DNA of 49,354 bases, filler included, from Catajapyx aquilonaris (Eukaryota), in assembly GCA_000934665.2 (NCBI GenBank). It is 2 parts of 2 records of this genome, joined end to end, with 100 filler letters (N's around TTAATTAATTAA, not from the genome) between each part and the next. Parts side by side here need not be neighbours in the genome. Positions count along the whole stretch, not along the records: positions 24,680 to 49,354 come from JYFJ02005486.1; 1 more part is not named here. The stretch is one strand, 5' to 3'. This document shows positions 35,037-46,392 of the stretch, piece after piece. Numbering within the stretch: position 1 is the stretch's first letter; each line of letters opens with the position of its first letter. Position numbers and translations under genes: made by a program. The notes below the pieces were generated by a model, which made no database searches, was not told the origin of the DNA, and was given only the letters and a program-made list of their open reading frames with translations.

Positions 35037-35980
35037 CAAGGGGGTAGTCACTCCTCAAAAAAGTGTACACCGGCTCTCCGCGGTTCTCCGCGGTTCTCTG
35101 CGGCTCTCCCCCGGCTCACCAGCAGGCTCACCCACGGTCTTATGGGCTCACCGATGCCTCGGAGAGCCGCAGAGAGCCGAAGAAAAACTACGTCATATTG
35201 ACGTCATAAAATTACGTCATATGATGAGGAGCAAATGCGCATTTTGTAGGGAAAATCTGGGTTCAGTTCAGTTTGAAAGTTCCTTGGCAAATGCACCAGA
35301 AATACCTCCAGACAACCGATTTTGTTACGTATGCGACCAATATGGAAAACAGGTTTTAGTAAGGAAATCCAGCATCTGCTGGTTACTGAGTCAAGGGGAC
35401 AGTCACTTGAGCAGTGATCGGCTTCGTCGAGTTATGGTAGGGACCAAGGAAGGGACATTGGGAAGGGGAGGTGGCAAAAAGAAGCAAAAAGTCCAAAAGG
35501 GAGTGTCCAAGGGAGTGTCGGTTGGCCGGGGAAGGACGCGGACGCTGCCCAAGTGATTGTCCCAAGAATTGCTCCAAGTTTTAAGGATTGTTCCTGGATT
35601 GTTCCATTGATTGTGCCAAGGATTGTGCTTTTAATGAATCTTTCGATGAATGCTGGAGGAATGTTGCAAGGAATGTTGCAGGCAAGGTTGCAGGAATATT
35701 GCTTGCTTGGTTTCTTGGAATGTTGTATAAAATTCAGATATAAATAAAAAGGATAGAGCAGAGTTGCAGTTTTGGTGCTCTCATTGTTACAAAATGCGCA
35801 GCATAATGCCTTGCCCTTGCCCTTGCCTCTGTCCTCCCTTGTCCAAACCTTTGTTCAACCCGTTCAACCCAAGTTCAACCTTTGTCCCCACCCAGCCGGT
35901 TGTGACGTAGTTGGCTCTGCGGCTCTCCTCGGCTCACCAGTGAGGGTGTACACCGGCTCTCCGAAGTGACTACCCCCTTG
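35037..35980. mobile_element. CAAGGGGG-terminal DNA transposon with 8-bp TSD and transposase-like C-terminal remnant
   Basis: TIR CAAGGGGGTAGTCACT / AGTGACTACCCCCTTG. TSD GGCGTGAC at 35029-35036 and 35981-35988. Subterminal GGCTCTCC-type repeats. Encodes VRKSSICWLL...LSSDRLRRV. Confidence 0.88.
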
Positions 35981-36540
35981 GGCGTGACCATACTGAAAAT
36001 ATTGCGATTTTGACAGAAAAATGCGATTTTTAGCTTCTCTGGACCCTAAACTAATAGGAAACACCCACTTTAGTACCTGGCGACTCAATGAAAGTGTTTT
36101 AAAAATTCCCCCAAAAAATCACCCCCAAATCACCAAAATGCAGGGATTCCTTGATTCCTATTACTCAATTTTTCTGCATGGTCCCAAACCGTCTCATAAT
36201 TATGCATGATGAGCGACCAACTCAGATTCAAATTCCCGGCCGAAATCTTTTCTTTTGAGTGAGCCCAATAGATGGTGCTGGGGAAATGGGAGATGTCATA
36301 TCGGCGGAGAGGTGCATTGTCACTCCAGCAGCTAAGCATGCTGTCAGCTGTGCTGTCAAGAGGCAGTGATAGCAAAGAGGTTGAGTAGTAGTTTGTTGTT
36401 GTTGTTGAGACTGCGTCGTACTTGAGAATTGTGCTGTACTGCCGTTACCCGTACTCTTCTCCTGCGCTGCTGAGGAATAGCAAGTGGTGTGGGACTATCA
36501 ACCAAAACAGGGACCCAAATTTGCACCCAAAACACCGCTA

Positions 36541-36844
36541 CAGTAGGGGTAAGATAACTCATGCGTTTGGGGAGGTGGCTTGTGCCCTTGGCAACCATAA
36601 TTAGACCCGCTCCCTGTTGAGTTTTTTGTATGGAAGTTAGAACGATTGGTGGGGAAATATTTCCCCCCTTACCAATTGCATAAGAGTAAACAAACTCATC
36701 TCATTCTTGAGGTTTTAGACATAACGCCCATCTCCTTTGAAATCGAATCCGGATTGGTCAACCGGTAGGGGGCGGGACTAATAATTATGGTTGCCAATGA
36801 CACAAGCCACCTCCCAAAGCACATGAGTTATCTTGTCCCTAGTG
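36541..36844. mobile_element. TA-flanked MITE (pogo/Fot1-like) inside the Kolobok-like element
   Basis: TA|CAGTAGGGGTAAGATAACTCATG ... CATGAGTTATCTTGTCCCTAGTG|TA, with arms of about 70 bp. Confidence 0.8.
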
Positions 36845-37649
36845 TACAAGGGGAAGCCCTGTCTGAAGCCACCATTGCTCTTAGCAAGAGAAGGGATGAG
36901 AGGAGGAAGAGGAAGAGTGAGGTACAAAGTGAAGCTGTAGCCAAGAGACAGCGCAAGAAAATTCACAGGGCCAAGAAGAGTGCTGAAGCAGCCAAAAAAA
37001 GAGGAGGGACTAACATATGGGGCTGCAATGTTCTGAAAAATTGAACAAATCTGTTGATCAATTTTCAACTGTGTTTTTCTCAAAACAACCTTTTTCAGCG
37101 TTCCAAGCGTTCCAGGCGTCTCAGTTTTTGTCGTAGAGGGTTAGGTATTTGCACAAAGCATGTTGAAGGTGTGGGAACAAAACTGAGCATGGCCATTACC
37201 GTTACTTGACACCTTTTTTAAATGCAAATATTTGTTCAGGGATATTTGCCATATTTTGATATTTTACTTTAGTACATGCACATAAAAAAATCTGCAGATG
37301 AATTTGCTCAACATTTTGTGACACCAACATATGCCGCTTTGCACTATTGTTGTATACTAGTTGATTTAAGCGTGGGAGCCACGCGGGATTGAATTTCATT
37401 TGACCTTGACAAGACGTTCAAAGATGGCGGCGTTCAAAGACTGTTTTGGCCATAAAGCGGATACAAATCGGCCTATTGCGACAGTCGAAACACTTTTTCC
37501 GACTAAAGCAACCATACGAAATATCATTCTGACATTTATTTAAGTGCAGGAAAGGCCTACCTCCGAGGCGCAAAACCAACTACTTGAGTATTTGGGCTAA
37601 GTACGTCCCGATTTAGCGGTAACAATGTGTACGTGTGTCATTTTGAAGC

Positions 37650-38090
37650 ACGTTTGTCCCTTGATCCCCGTGATGAGAGCCACGAGCACAACAATGAAAA
37701 AATAGTGAAGGGAGATTGTGGAGCAATTAGTCTAACTGAAAACCCATCAGGTCTTCTACGATGGATGATTAGTGGACCTGCTGTGGCCAGAATGATTTCC
37801 AAATTCATGTCAATATTTCATTCACGAAGATAAGACCTGCACTGCTACTACGCTTTTCTACGAACGTTAAAAACTTAGTATCAACTTTGACGACCATGGG
37901 TAATCCGTTTTCTGACAGTTCTAATGCTGATTTAATGACGCTTGATACTAAGGTTGTTCAAGACATTACTGTTGTCAATGCTGTTCGTGTGATAAAAGAC
38001 ACAGGAACACAACAGGCTAATACTCTTTACGAGGAACGTTTCCTCAAATGCAGTGTGGCACTGGATCAGAAAATAAAAAAGAATAACTAC
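37650..38090 (+). pseudogene. Academ-like transposase fragment
   Basis: DESHEHNNEKIVKGDCGAISLTENPSGLLRWMISGPAVAR and MGNPF...EERF...IKKN motifs. Confidence 0.7.
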
Positions 38091-39779
38091 AATGCTTAAC
38101 AGTATAATAGTGCTTAACAGTATAATAGTATAGTAACACAATAGCTACAATGTATAACAGTGTAGTGTTGGGTTAGGTGTAGCTTTGGGTAGAGGAGCGT
38201 TGTAACAGTTTGTATTGTCCGCTTTCCCTGGCATGCCAGGAGAGCCACCTGGCGTGAGCGTCGGGGAAGCGGAGAGAGGGAGAAAGAGGGGTGAAGGAGG
38301 GGTGAGAGGGCAGCAAGGATTGCAAGGCGACTGTAGACCGAAATGTCGGGACGGCAAGAATTGACCTCAGGGATTTGTTTGGACTAGTTAGGAGGTAAAC
38401 ATACTAAAAGTCCCGGGACCTAGGAGGTGAGGCTAAGGGGGGAGGGGGGGAAGAAGGTACGGGTTTTTGGTTTTTCGATTATATCTCGAAAGCGGGTTGG
38501 TCTAGCCAGAATGTGGTAATGTACAAAGTTGTAGCTGGTAAAATTCCCTACAAGAATCCCTCTTTTCACTATTTATGTATCTGTTATAGTTTCAGAGATA
38601 CACGCTCGTCAAAATAGCAAATTCCCCAAAAAAAACATTCTTGCCTCCCGTTTGTTCACAAAATTTTCCTCTTATCTCATTTTCCGTTCATTTGAGAAGA
38701 AAGTCTTCAGAGAAGAAGTTGCAGAGAATTAAATTTCCTATCGTATGAGTATATTATTCCATATTGCATCCTCAACTGATCGAAAGTTCTGCAATTTTAA
38801 AAATTTGTGCAAATTCCGAGATATATGACGCAATCCCGTGTATTGCAATTTATCGTTATATAATGGTTATTCCATTTAAGAAATGCTATATATGGTGTAC
38901 GTACACCTCAATACCTGGGGAAAGCGTATTTATACCATACAATAAAAAACAAACATTCGTGGAAATCCCATAAAAATATTAAAAAGTGGCCTACATTCAA
39001 GCACGTTAGGTGTGGAAGTGCATCAAAAGTGAATCAGTTCGTAATAAATTACGTAACGAACGTAATAAAAATATGGCTACAAATGTAATTAAAGTCATGT
39101 TTTCCGCATTGGTATGTGTACCAGTCACAGACCTTACCAACGTATAAACTGGCAAATACCGTACGTTCCCGCCAGTGGGTCCAGTTGCACGGCTACCTTG
39201 AAAGGTGGCCACATCGCGGCGCTAAGGTCGTGAGAGTTTTGGTTTGGTTAGGTTGGGTAGAGAGGGGGTTGGGTGTTTTCCACCACGTGGTCAGATAAGT
39301 TTTCGAGCCGTGGCTGTGAAAATTAGCTCCACTCGCATTTGCTGCGCTGGGGCGGGGACTGAGGGTATTGCTTCATTCATTTTCCCCAAGTAAGTAAAGG
39401 ATCAGGAGCTATTCCGTGAATTGTGTCGGGGAGAGAAGATCTCCTCGCGATGGTATAGTTAAGTCGAGAAAACATATCGCATGTAACTTTTAACATGCAA
39501 GGTTACCTTAGTACTAGCAAACCTCCATTCCATGTGCATACTCACTATTTTATTGCTCCAACGTGCCCAGTACACTTCCTCCAACGTCCCAATACACTTC
39601 CAACCACCTCCCCACCTCGCCTACTCTACACCCCCTTTTTGAGCATTCATTGCCTGGACTAGTACTATTCAGGTCACGTCGCACAAGACAAGTACCTGAA
39701 TTCAAACAAGACCTCAAACCTCTACGAGCGGAAAGGAGCTTCTACTTGCGAATGTACATCGGATGTCTCACAAAAGTTG

Positions 39780-40200
39780 ACAAAAGTACGAAAGCTGACG
39801 AAAACAAGGAAGATGTGTTCTGCTTCTTGGGAACAGAGATAATCAGAAACCAATATCCATGCCATAGATAACCTTCTTAATCTATGAACCAGGCATAGTT
39901 GTCGTAACAGCCTCAGAAAAAGTCCAGTCCAACATACAAGATTACTTTGCAAACATTCGGCCGGGCAATCATGAAGAAGCCGATACGCGAATGTTCCTAC
40001 ATGCTGCTGATGGCCTTTCCCGCGGTTGTCGAAGTATCCAGATTTGTACGGTTGATACCGATGTTGTTGTTCTGGCTGTGAGTTTCTTTAAATCCTGCAG
40101 CAATGATATCTGATGCATTACCTGCTCTGTAGATGAAGCACGAATCGAGCTCTTTGCAAGAAAAAACAGAGAACTTGAAAATATTCCACCTACAACGGGT
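39780..40200 (+). pseudogene. Academ-like XPG/PIN-domain fragment
   Basis: NHEEADTRMFLHA...VDTDVVVLA and VDEARIELFARKNRELENIPPT. Confidence 0.72.
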
Positions 40201-40211
40201 CTACTGCGGGT

Positions 40212-40601
40212 CAGTTTCCCAATTTCGAGGAGCAGGAGAGGGACGTGCTAGTGGACCTTGTCGTTGACCTCCTGGACATCCTGGAATGTAAGAAGACTGA
40301 CGCCCTCAGCAACAGGGTGAAGGAGGAGAAGTGGGAAGAATTGGCCCGAATGTTTTCCATCCAATCGTCGGGGATAGCACGCGACGTGGTCCAGTTGAGG
40401 CCCTGCTGGGACAACATCAAAAATCGAAGCAGAGGACGAGCCAGGACAAGGTCCCACGGTGGGGGACAGGCGGAGGGCCATACCTCCAGACCAGCAATGA
40501 CCTGGACTCAAAAGTGGTGGGAATGCTGGGAAACAGGGTCACCACTCTCCCTTCACCCAATGACTCTGATACGGCCTGCAGTGGTGAAGGGGAGAACTAA
40601 A
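40212..40601 (+). pseudogene. Myb/SANT-like DNA-binding domain fragment (Harbinger accessory ORF or MSANTD-like), frameshifted
   Basis: PNF...ERDVLVDLV...ILECKKTD...KEEKWEELA...R...QLRPCWDNIK, then GTGGGP in another frame. Donor gtaagt at 40602. Confidence 0.75.
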
Positions 40602-42060
40602 GTAAGTATCATGTGCGAGTTCCGTCAACCTGTCACTGTCCACCTTGCCACACATGTAGAAACAGTGCAGTAATCATGGCAATTATTACAGATCCGAAGA
40701 AGGCTCCGGAATCGGAACTTCAGAACTCAACATTGCCACACAAATTTGCTTTGACTCAAGTCGACTGCAGCGGGATGTCAGAGTCCAGCGAGGTCCCAAG
40801 TAATCAAGCAATGTACACCCTCATCTTCGCTGAACATTTTTGCACGTTTCACACTTTTTTGGCGATGCACACCTTAAAAAGGCATGTGTGCTTCGTGTTT
40901 CCGAAAAGTCAAGGAGGTGCCTTTTGGAATTTCACCCGCTAGAGAGCGACAACGCAGCAGGTGCGAGCTCTGGACCGTACGCTGGTCACTTGTGAGTGCT
41001 ATATTTCCTCAGTGGACTACATGACAGATCTCTGATTTTGGTACCAAAAAATGCAGAATGGCCACAAGATGGCAGAACCACCCATGACTCATTTTCGCCA
41101 AAAGTGGACTTATCCGGTGTTTGCACCAACCCCTTCAATTATTACAAACTTACTTTCACCTCAATGTGAGAGTATTACCTTTGTATCCACATTGAGGGGA
41201 TAAAAAGGTAATACTCTCCTTATTTTTTCATGGAAAATAATAATGCTGACTGGTGCATCGTCATGTCAGTTACTGATGACATTATAGCGACAATACTCAT
41301 GATGCATTTTACCGTCAATATCTACTAGTAACATCCCCATTACGACATTCCATCATACTGTTACGTCATTTAGTTTACGGTTGGCGTTTAATGATAACAT
41401 CTATAGCATCCAGCACGAGCAGCATCAGAAACAAAAATCGCAGCATCCGACATAATGGCGTTATCCCAGAAACACACATTTTGAACTGGCCAGAAAGAAA
41501 TAGATACACGTACGAAATAGCTATTGCTTCACTTCCCACACTATCGTCGTTAATGACTTTGGCGAAGCTTACATTACTGTACTTAATTTTCTAAATTATT
41601 ACTTATGCGTAATTGTACGAGCAATGTCGTATTTTATGGGTTGGTTTTCTTGGAATATGCCAAAACGACGATGACTGTAGGACCGTATATAAAGTTTTAC
41701 CTAAAGTTATGAGATGTTGTATAGGAGAAGTGTCGTACAGTAGTGTATTGTACAGTACGACAATGTTGAGAAAATATATATATAAAAAAACAGAAAATAT
41801 CAGTAGTTTGTTTAGACTGCTGTTACTCTCCCATCCATTAATTACAGTTAGGACATCATAGAATGTCGCTTGTGGTTGTTTTGAATTTGAACACGTGACC
41901 CATTCCCGCGGCCGCTCGAGTCGCCCACCCCACCACCTGCCACCACTCCTCGTTTCCAGGCCTTGAATAACAAAGGCGTCGCGTGGTCAAATCTGTAACT
42001 CTGCAATGTTTGCTCAGTTTTCAGTGCCGTTTCAAGTTTTTGTTGTTATGTGCCTGCATA

Positions 42061-43920
42061 ATGTCTCGTCCGGAATGTGTAATTTGTGACAAACTGTTAG
42101 AAGATGGGACACAGACGAGTGTTGTGAGAGAAAAAGGATTGAAATCTTTCATACAAGCCAGTAAGAAGACAGGATGGTAAGGTTGTAATATTTAAGAGGA
42201 ACACTGAATTTGAAGTTCATGACAAATGCAGGAAGCATTACGTGACAGAGAAGTCTATTGCTGCTTATTTGAAGAGGGCGAAAGAAAATCCTGAATCAAA
42301 ACCGCTTCTGCGTTCCAGTATCCCTGACTTTGCCTTTAAAACTCAGTTTTTTTGTGTGGACAGGAGGTGCCTCTGGACTATGCCAAGAAACAAATCAAAA
42401 AACCTCCCTCAAAACGCAATTTGGTATACCCTGTGAGGAAATTAGCCGTTAGAAAAAATGTGCTCACACTCGCGAGAAATCGAAATGATGAATTTGGGGG
42501 AAGTATAGTACAACGCGTAGAGCCAGTTACTGACTTGGTAGCAGATGCTCAGTACCACTTTCTGTGCATGAAAACTCCTGCACCAGCCCCCACGGACTCT
42601 CCATGAAGTTGGCAGACCCCCTGGAGTTGAGGTGGAAGATGCTATGAAAGCAGTTTACTGTTTTCTAAAAAACAGTGACGAGGAATGTCAATTCACCATG
42701 GAAGAATTGATGGAGCAGATGGAAGGTGATTTCCGTCCGCATCCGAGCACTATCAGAAGACACCTGCTTCAGAAGTACGGCGACGATATTTTGGTTACAA
42801 CAAGCAAACCTTACGTTGTATGTTTCAAAGCCACTGGACACGAAATCATAAATGAATCCTGGCATCGAGATGTTCAAAGGCTGCCAGAAAAAGAAGAAAA
42901 TCGTGCGAAAGTTGAAGCAGCCGCTGCCGTAATTATGGAAGACATGATCGCAAGTATATAATTTGACTAAATACCCCCTTCAGAAATGTTTCTAGATGAA
43001 ACTGAGGATCTCATTCCTGAGACTCTTCGAGTGTTTATGGACGCTGTTGTGCTCAGCAAAAAGCGAGGGGATCTGGAGAAATGGAATAAAAAGTCAGCAG
43101 CCATTGCACATAGCGTGATTAGTGCTATGCGGCCTGCGTCATTCCTCTCACCTCTTCAAATCGGTTTAGCAGCATTTCTTTACAAAAAATATGGTTCTCG
43201 CAAATTCATAGACGTCTTGTCTTCCATGGGGTTTTGTTCCTCGTACAATGAAGCAACTCGCTTTGAAGTGTCGTCAATTATGCGTCCTCCCCTGGCTGTT
43301 AACAAACCAGCACTTTGCCAGATGGTCTTTGACAACGCCGATTTCAACATTCAAACTCTGGATGGACGAAACACATTCCACACAATGGGGGGGGGGGGGN
43401 GGGGGCATCCGATGTGTCACCCCAAAAAAATGTTGTTTTCCCGGGTCAAAAGGTTGCACGGCTTAAGGATGTACCATCAGCACAAATGGTTGGAAGCTGT
43501 ACCACTGAAACATTTTGAAAAGAACAATGATGTCGGTTTAGACGCTATTCACATCAATGACCTAAGTAAGTACATCGTTCCCTGATACTGAGACCATCGT
43601 TCCATCAGTACCACTCTTGCTGTGGCTGTACAGCAAATCTAAAAATCTTCCAGGAATTTATGGATGGAATGGTTTTATGGAGGAAGTAACCAAAGAAGTA
43701 CCTTACCAAACAACATCATTCATACTTCATAGACTGCATGCCAACATTTTATGAATGCGCCTCCCGGGGAATACGACACAATATACACATCATTGTTGTC
43801 TGCCGTTGAATTGACACATTCGTTGGGGCAGCGAACAACTTTCGTCACGTTCGATCAACCTCTCTACCTCAAGGCGCGAGATGTGATAGCCAGTCGTGGG
43901 GGAGACCCTGAGCTACCTGA
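42061..43920 (+). pseudogene. Academ-like transposase N-terminal and catalytic region, multiply frameshifted
   Basis: CVIC...VHDKCRKHY, DAQYH, SPLQIGLA...GSRKFIDVL...GFCSSY, DNADFNIQTLDGRNTFHTMG, VTFDQPLYLKA. Confidence 0.8.
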
Positions 43921-44049
43921 CCAGATTTCATATTCAGCTTTATATTCAGTGTCATGCACCTAATACGTTGTAAGTTTGTTAATGTTTTCATCAAGCATGC
44001 TTTGCCATCTATACATTCTAAACAACCTCTTTTAAGCGTAATACATCGA

Positions 44050-44451
44050 AAGTATAGCGCCGGTGAGAGATAGACAGGTGGGAGTAGGCGTTTTTGACGT
44101 TTGCGCAGTAGGGCCAAAAAAATCGCTGATTTTCAGCGCGCTCTAGAGCCGAAACCGCTTGTCATAAAATCTAAGTTGACTAGTGAATTTTGTAGGAAAT
44201 TTTGTCTACTTTAATTTTGTACAGGGTGCTCATCTTCGAAAAACGCATAGTCTTCGAGAGATGAGCGAAAAACTGAAAAAAATGCGAAAATTTCGCGGTT
44301 TTTTGCGTTTTTCGTTGTGAAGCCGACCTCTTACAAGGCAGCAAACTTGAAATTCGGATTCAGCGCCTCAAAACACATAGAACCATTGAGAAAAAAACTT
44401 CCGAAATTTGGTTACGAAAACGACAGTTTTGAACACCTATTGACTGGACTA
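44050..44451. mobile_element. probable right terminus of the Academ-like element
   Basis: Ends ATTGACTGGACTA (reverse complement TAGTCCAGTCAAT, a TAG-start terminus). No matching left end was found. Confidence 0.4.
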
Positions 44452-44593
44452 TAAAGGAAAAGCTCTGCCAGGTGGCGAAACTTGTGGAAATCCATTAATT
44501 TCCACCACTGTTACACTATGTCCATTCTGTCAGCTGATCCTTTGCATCAGTGCCTAGGGAAAGTGTGGTGGCAGTTATTTGTAACTGTTGTTT

Positions 44594-45059
44594 CCATTTC
44601 AGTTCAGGTGCGAAGAACTCCTAGTCCAATTCATCAATGTATTGTGCATAATGCAATTGAGGTGCGGGACTTCCCCCATGATTGGGAAGCAGAAGACGTG
44701 ATGGTAATTTGCACTGCCATTTTTCATAGATTGTATTTAGCTCTATTTTTCACTCATAAATATGTTTTTCATTACTCAATTTGTAGTGCAAGATGAGGTG
44801 CAAGGGTACCGCTGGGACCATACCCATTTCAGTTCAGGAGCGAAGTCCACGAACGCCTAGTCCAACTCATCTTTGTATTGTGTATAATGCAATTGAGGTG
44901 AAGGACTTCCCCAGTGATTGGGAAGCAGAAGACGTGATGGTAATTTGCACTGCCATTTTTCGTAGATTGTATTTAGCTCTATTTTTCACTCATAAATATG
45001 TTTTTCATTACTCAATTTGTAGTGCAAGATGAGGTGCACGGGTACCGCTGGGACCATAC
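44594..45059. repeat. two-copy tandem duplication (230 and 236 bp) containing a Sola2-like transposase motif
   Basis: Units start with ccatttcagttcagg at 44594 and 44824. Encodes FVVQDEV(Q/H)GYRWDHT, continuing QATVHP. Confidence 0.85.
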
Positions 45060-45347
45060 CCAAGCAACCGTTCACCCCTCTTGGTTTATTACCGTTCTCC
45101 TGACAGTGACCGCCAGAGCAAGTCTGCAGTCCTACCAACTCCCAAATTGTAACACCGAAGGATATGCTAGCCTACAAAGCCAAACATAAGGTTCCCAGAA
45201 ACCCCTTTGCCACATGTCCACTTTATGACTTCAATAATGCTGCATACTGCACCACTGCTGGATTATTGACATATTACTCAATACCTTTTATGAATACTCA
45301 GCTGATGAACTTCAGCCGATAAAAATTCTCATGAGGCTGAATGGCTC

Positions 45348-45866
45348 ATGAAGACCCAGGTTCTGATTCCCATCTATGACCGGTGCATCATGGAGTTGAG
45401 GTCACGCTTTGGGGGTCCATCTCTTCAGGTCTTCAAGTCCATAAGTTACCTGAACCCGGAGAATTTCAAGGAGATATCTGCAGGTGGCATTCCTAAAGGC
45501 TCTTTGGGACCCTTGTGCAAGCCAGCTGGAGTATATGAGGATGAAGTATTGGCAGAAATGCTGCCCTTTGCGAAATGGAGACGCGCTGGCATTCCAGCAT
45601 GGATATGGTGGAGAGTTTGTTGGCCGTGCAAGGTCGTCAAGGAGGCTCAGCTAGAGAAGCGTGGTCAGAAAATTCTCTTGGCCGAGGCGGAGTGGAATTA
45701 CTTGTCAGACATCGCGGGCAGCTTGTTGCCATCAAAAATCTGCACAAAGTGTCTCCAGGGCGCGCAGCTGACTGCGGGTGACTTCATCGCAGCATGGATG
45801 AGATGCAAGCTGAGATCCTACCAAGGTCGATTCGCACAATTCGAAGTGACCGTGAAAGGCTCATGA
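45348..45866 (+). pseudogene. fused fragments of two hAT transposases
   Basis: IPIYDRCIMELRSRF...LNP (ZMYM1-like), followed by ETRWHSSMDMVE and EWNYL...LLP...TKCLQ...TAGDFIAAW (ZBED-like). Confidence 0.65.
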
Positions 45867-45879
45867 GATCCAAAAGCTA

Positions 45880-46338
45880 ATCAAATTACTCAGCAAATTA
45901 AGGATTTGAATGATGTAAGAGAAATTTATTTTAATTATAATCTCCCTATCAAAATAACTAGATTTTTGGCAAATCTAAGAAATAATACACAGTCAATTTG
46001 GATTAATAACTACAAGTTTGCTTTTGCACCTCAGAATATATGTACTTTATGTAACACGCTGCAAGCTTTTGATCTCTTCCACGTAATGTATGTCTGCCCT
46101 TTTTTTAATACACAAAGAATCGACCTAAAAAATATGTTCTCATGTTCCCCCACAACAAATGTTCTCAATTTTTCAAGATATACCACCATATGCACTGTAC
46201 CAGTTATACAGATTTTTTTGCGAGATTTGTAATAAGCTAGTTTTTTGTGACATTATATTGGACTATGTTCCGTGCGAACCACCCGCCCATACGGCCTAGG
46301 TCACAGGTGCGGCAAATAACACATCATCATCATCATCA

Positions 46339-46391
<53 letters not shown>
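45880..46391 (+). mobile_element. 3' end of a non-LTR retrotransposon with (CAT)n(TAT)n tail
   Basis: FLANLR...CTLCNTLQAFDLFHVMYVCP...R zinc knuckle, a short 3' UTR, then the microsatellite tail at 46323-46391. Confidence 0.7.

Positions 46392-46392
<1 letters not shown>

Larger units (their letters stand above)
35029..37195 (+). mobile_element. Kolobok-like non-autonomous element carrying nested insertions
   Basis: Begins TTAA|GG. Carries a basic helical C-terminus RRDERRKRKSE...AKRQRKK and a frameshifted EEGLTYGAAMF* near 37001-37036. The right end is uncertain. Confidence 0.55.
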
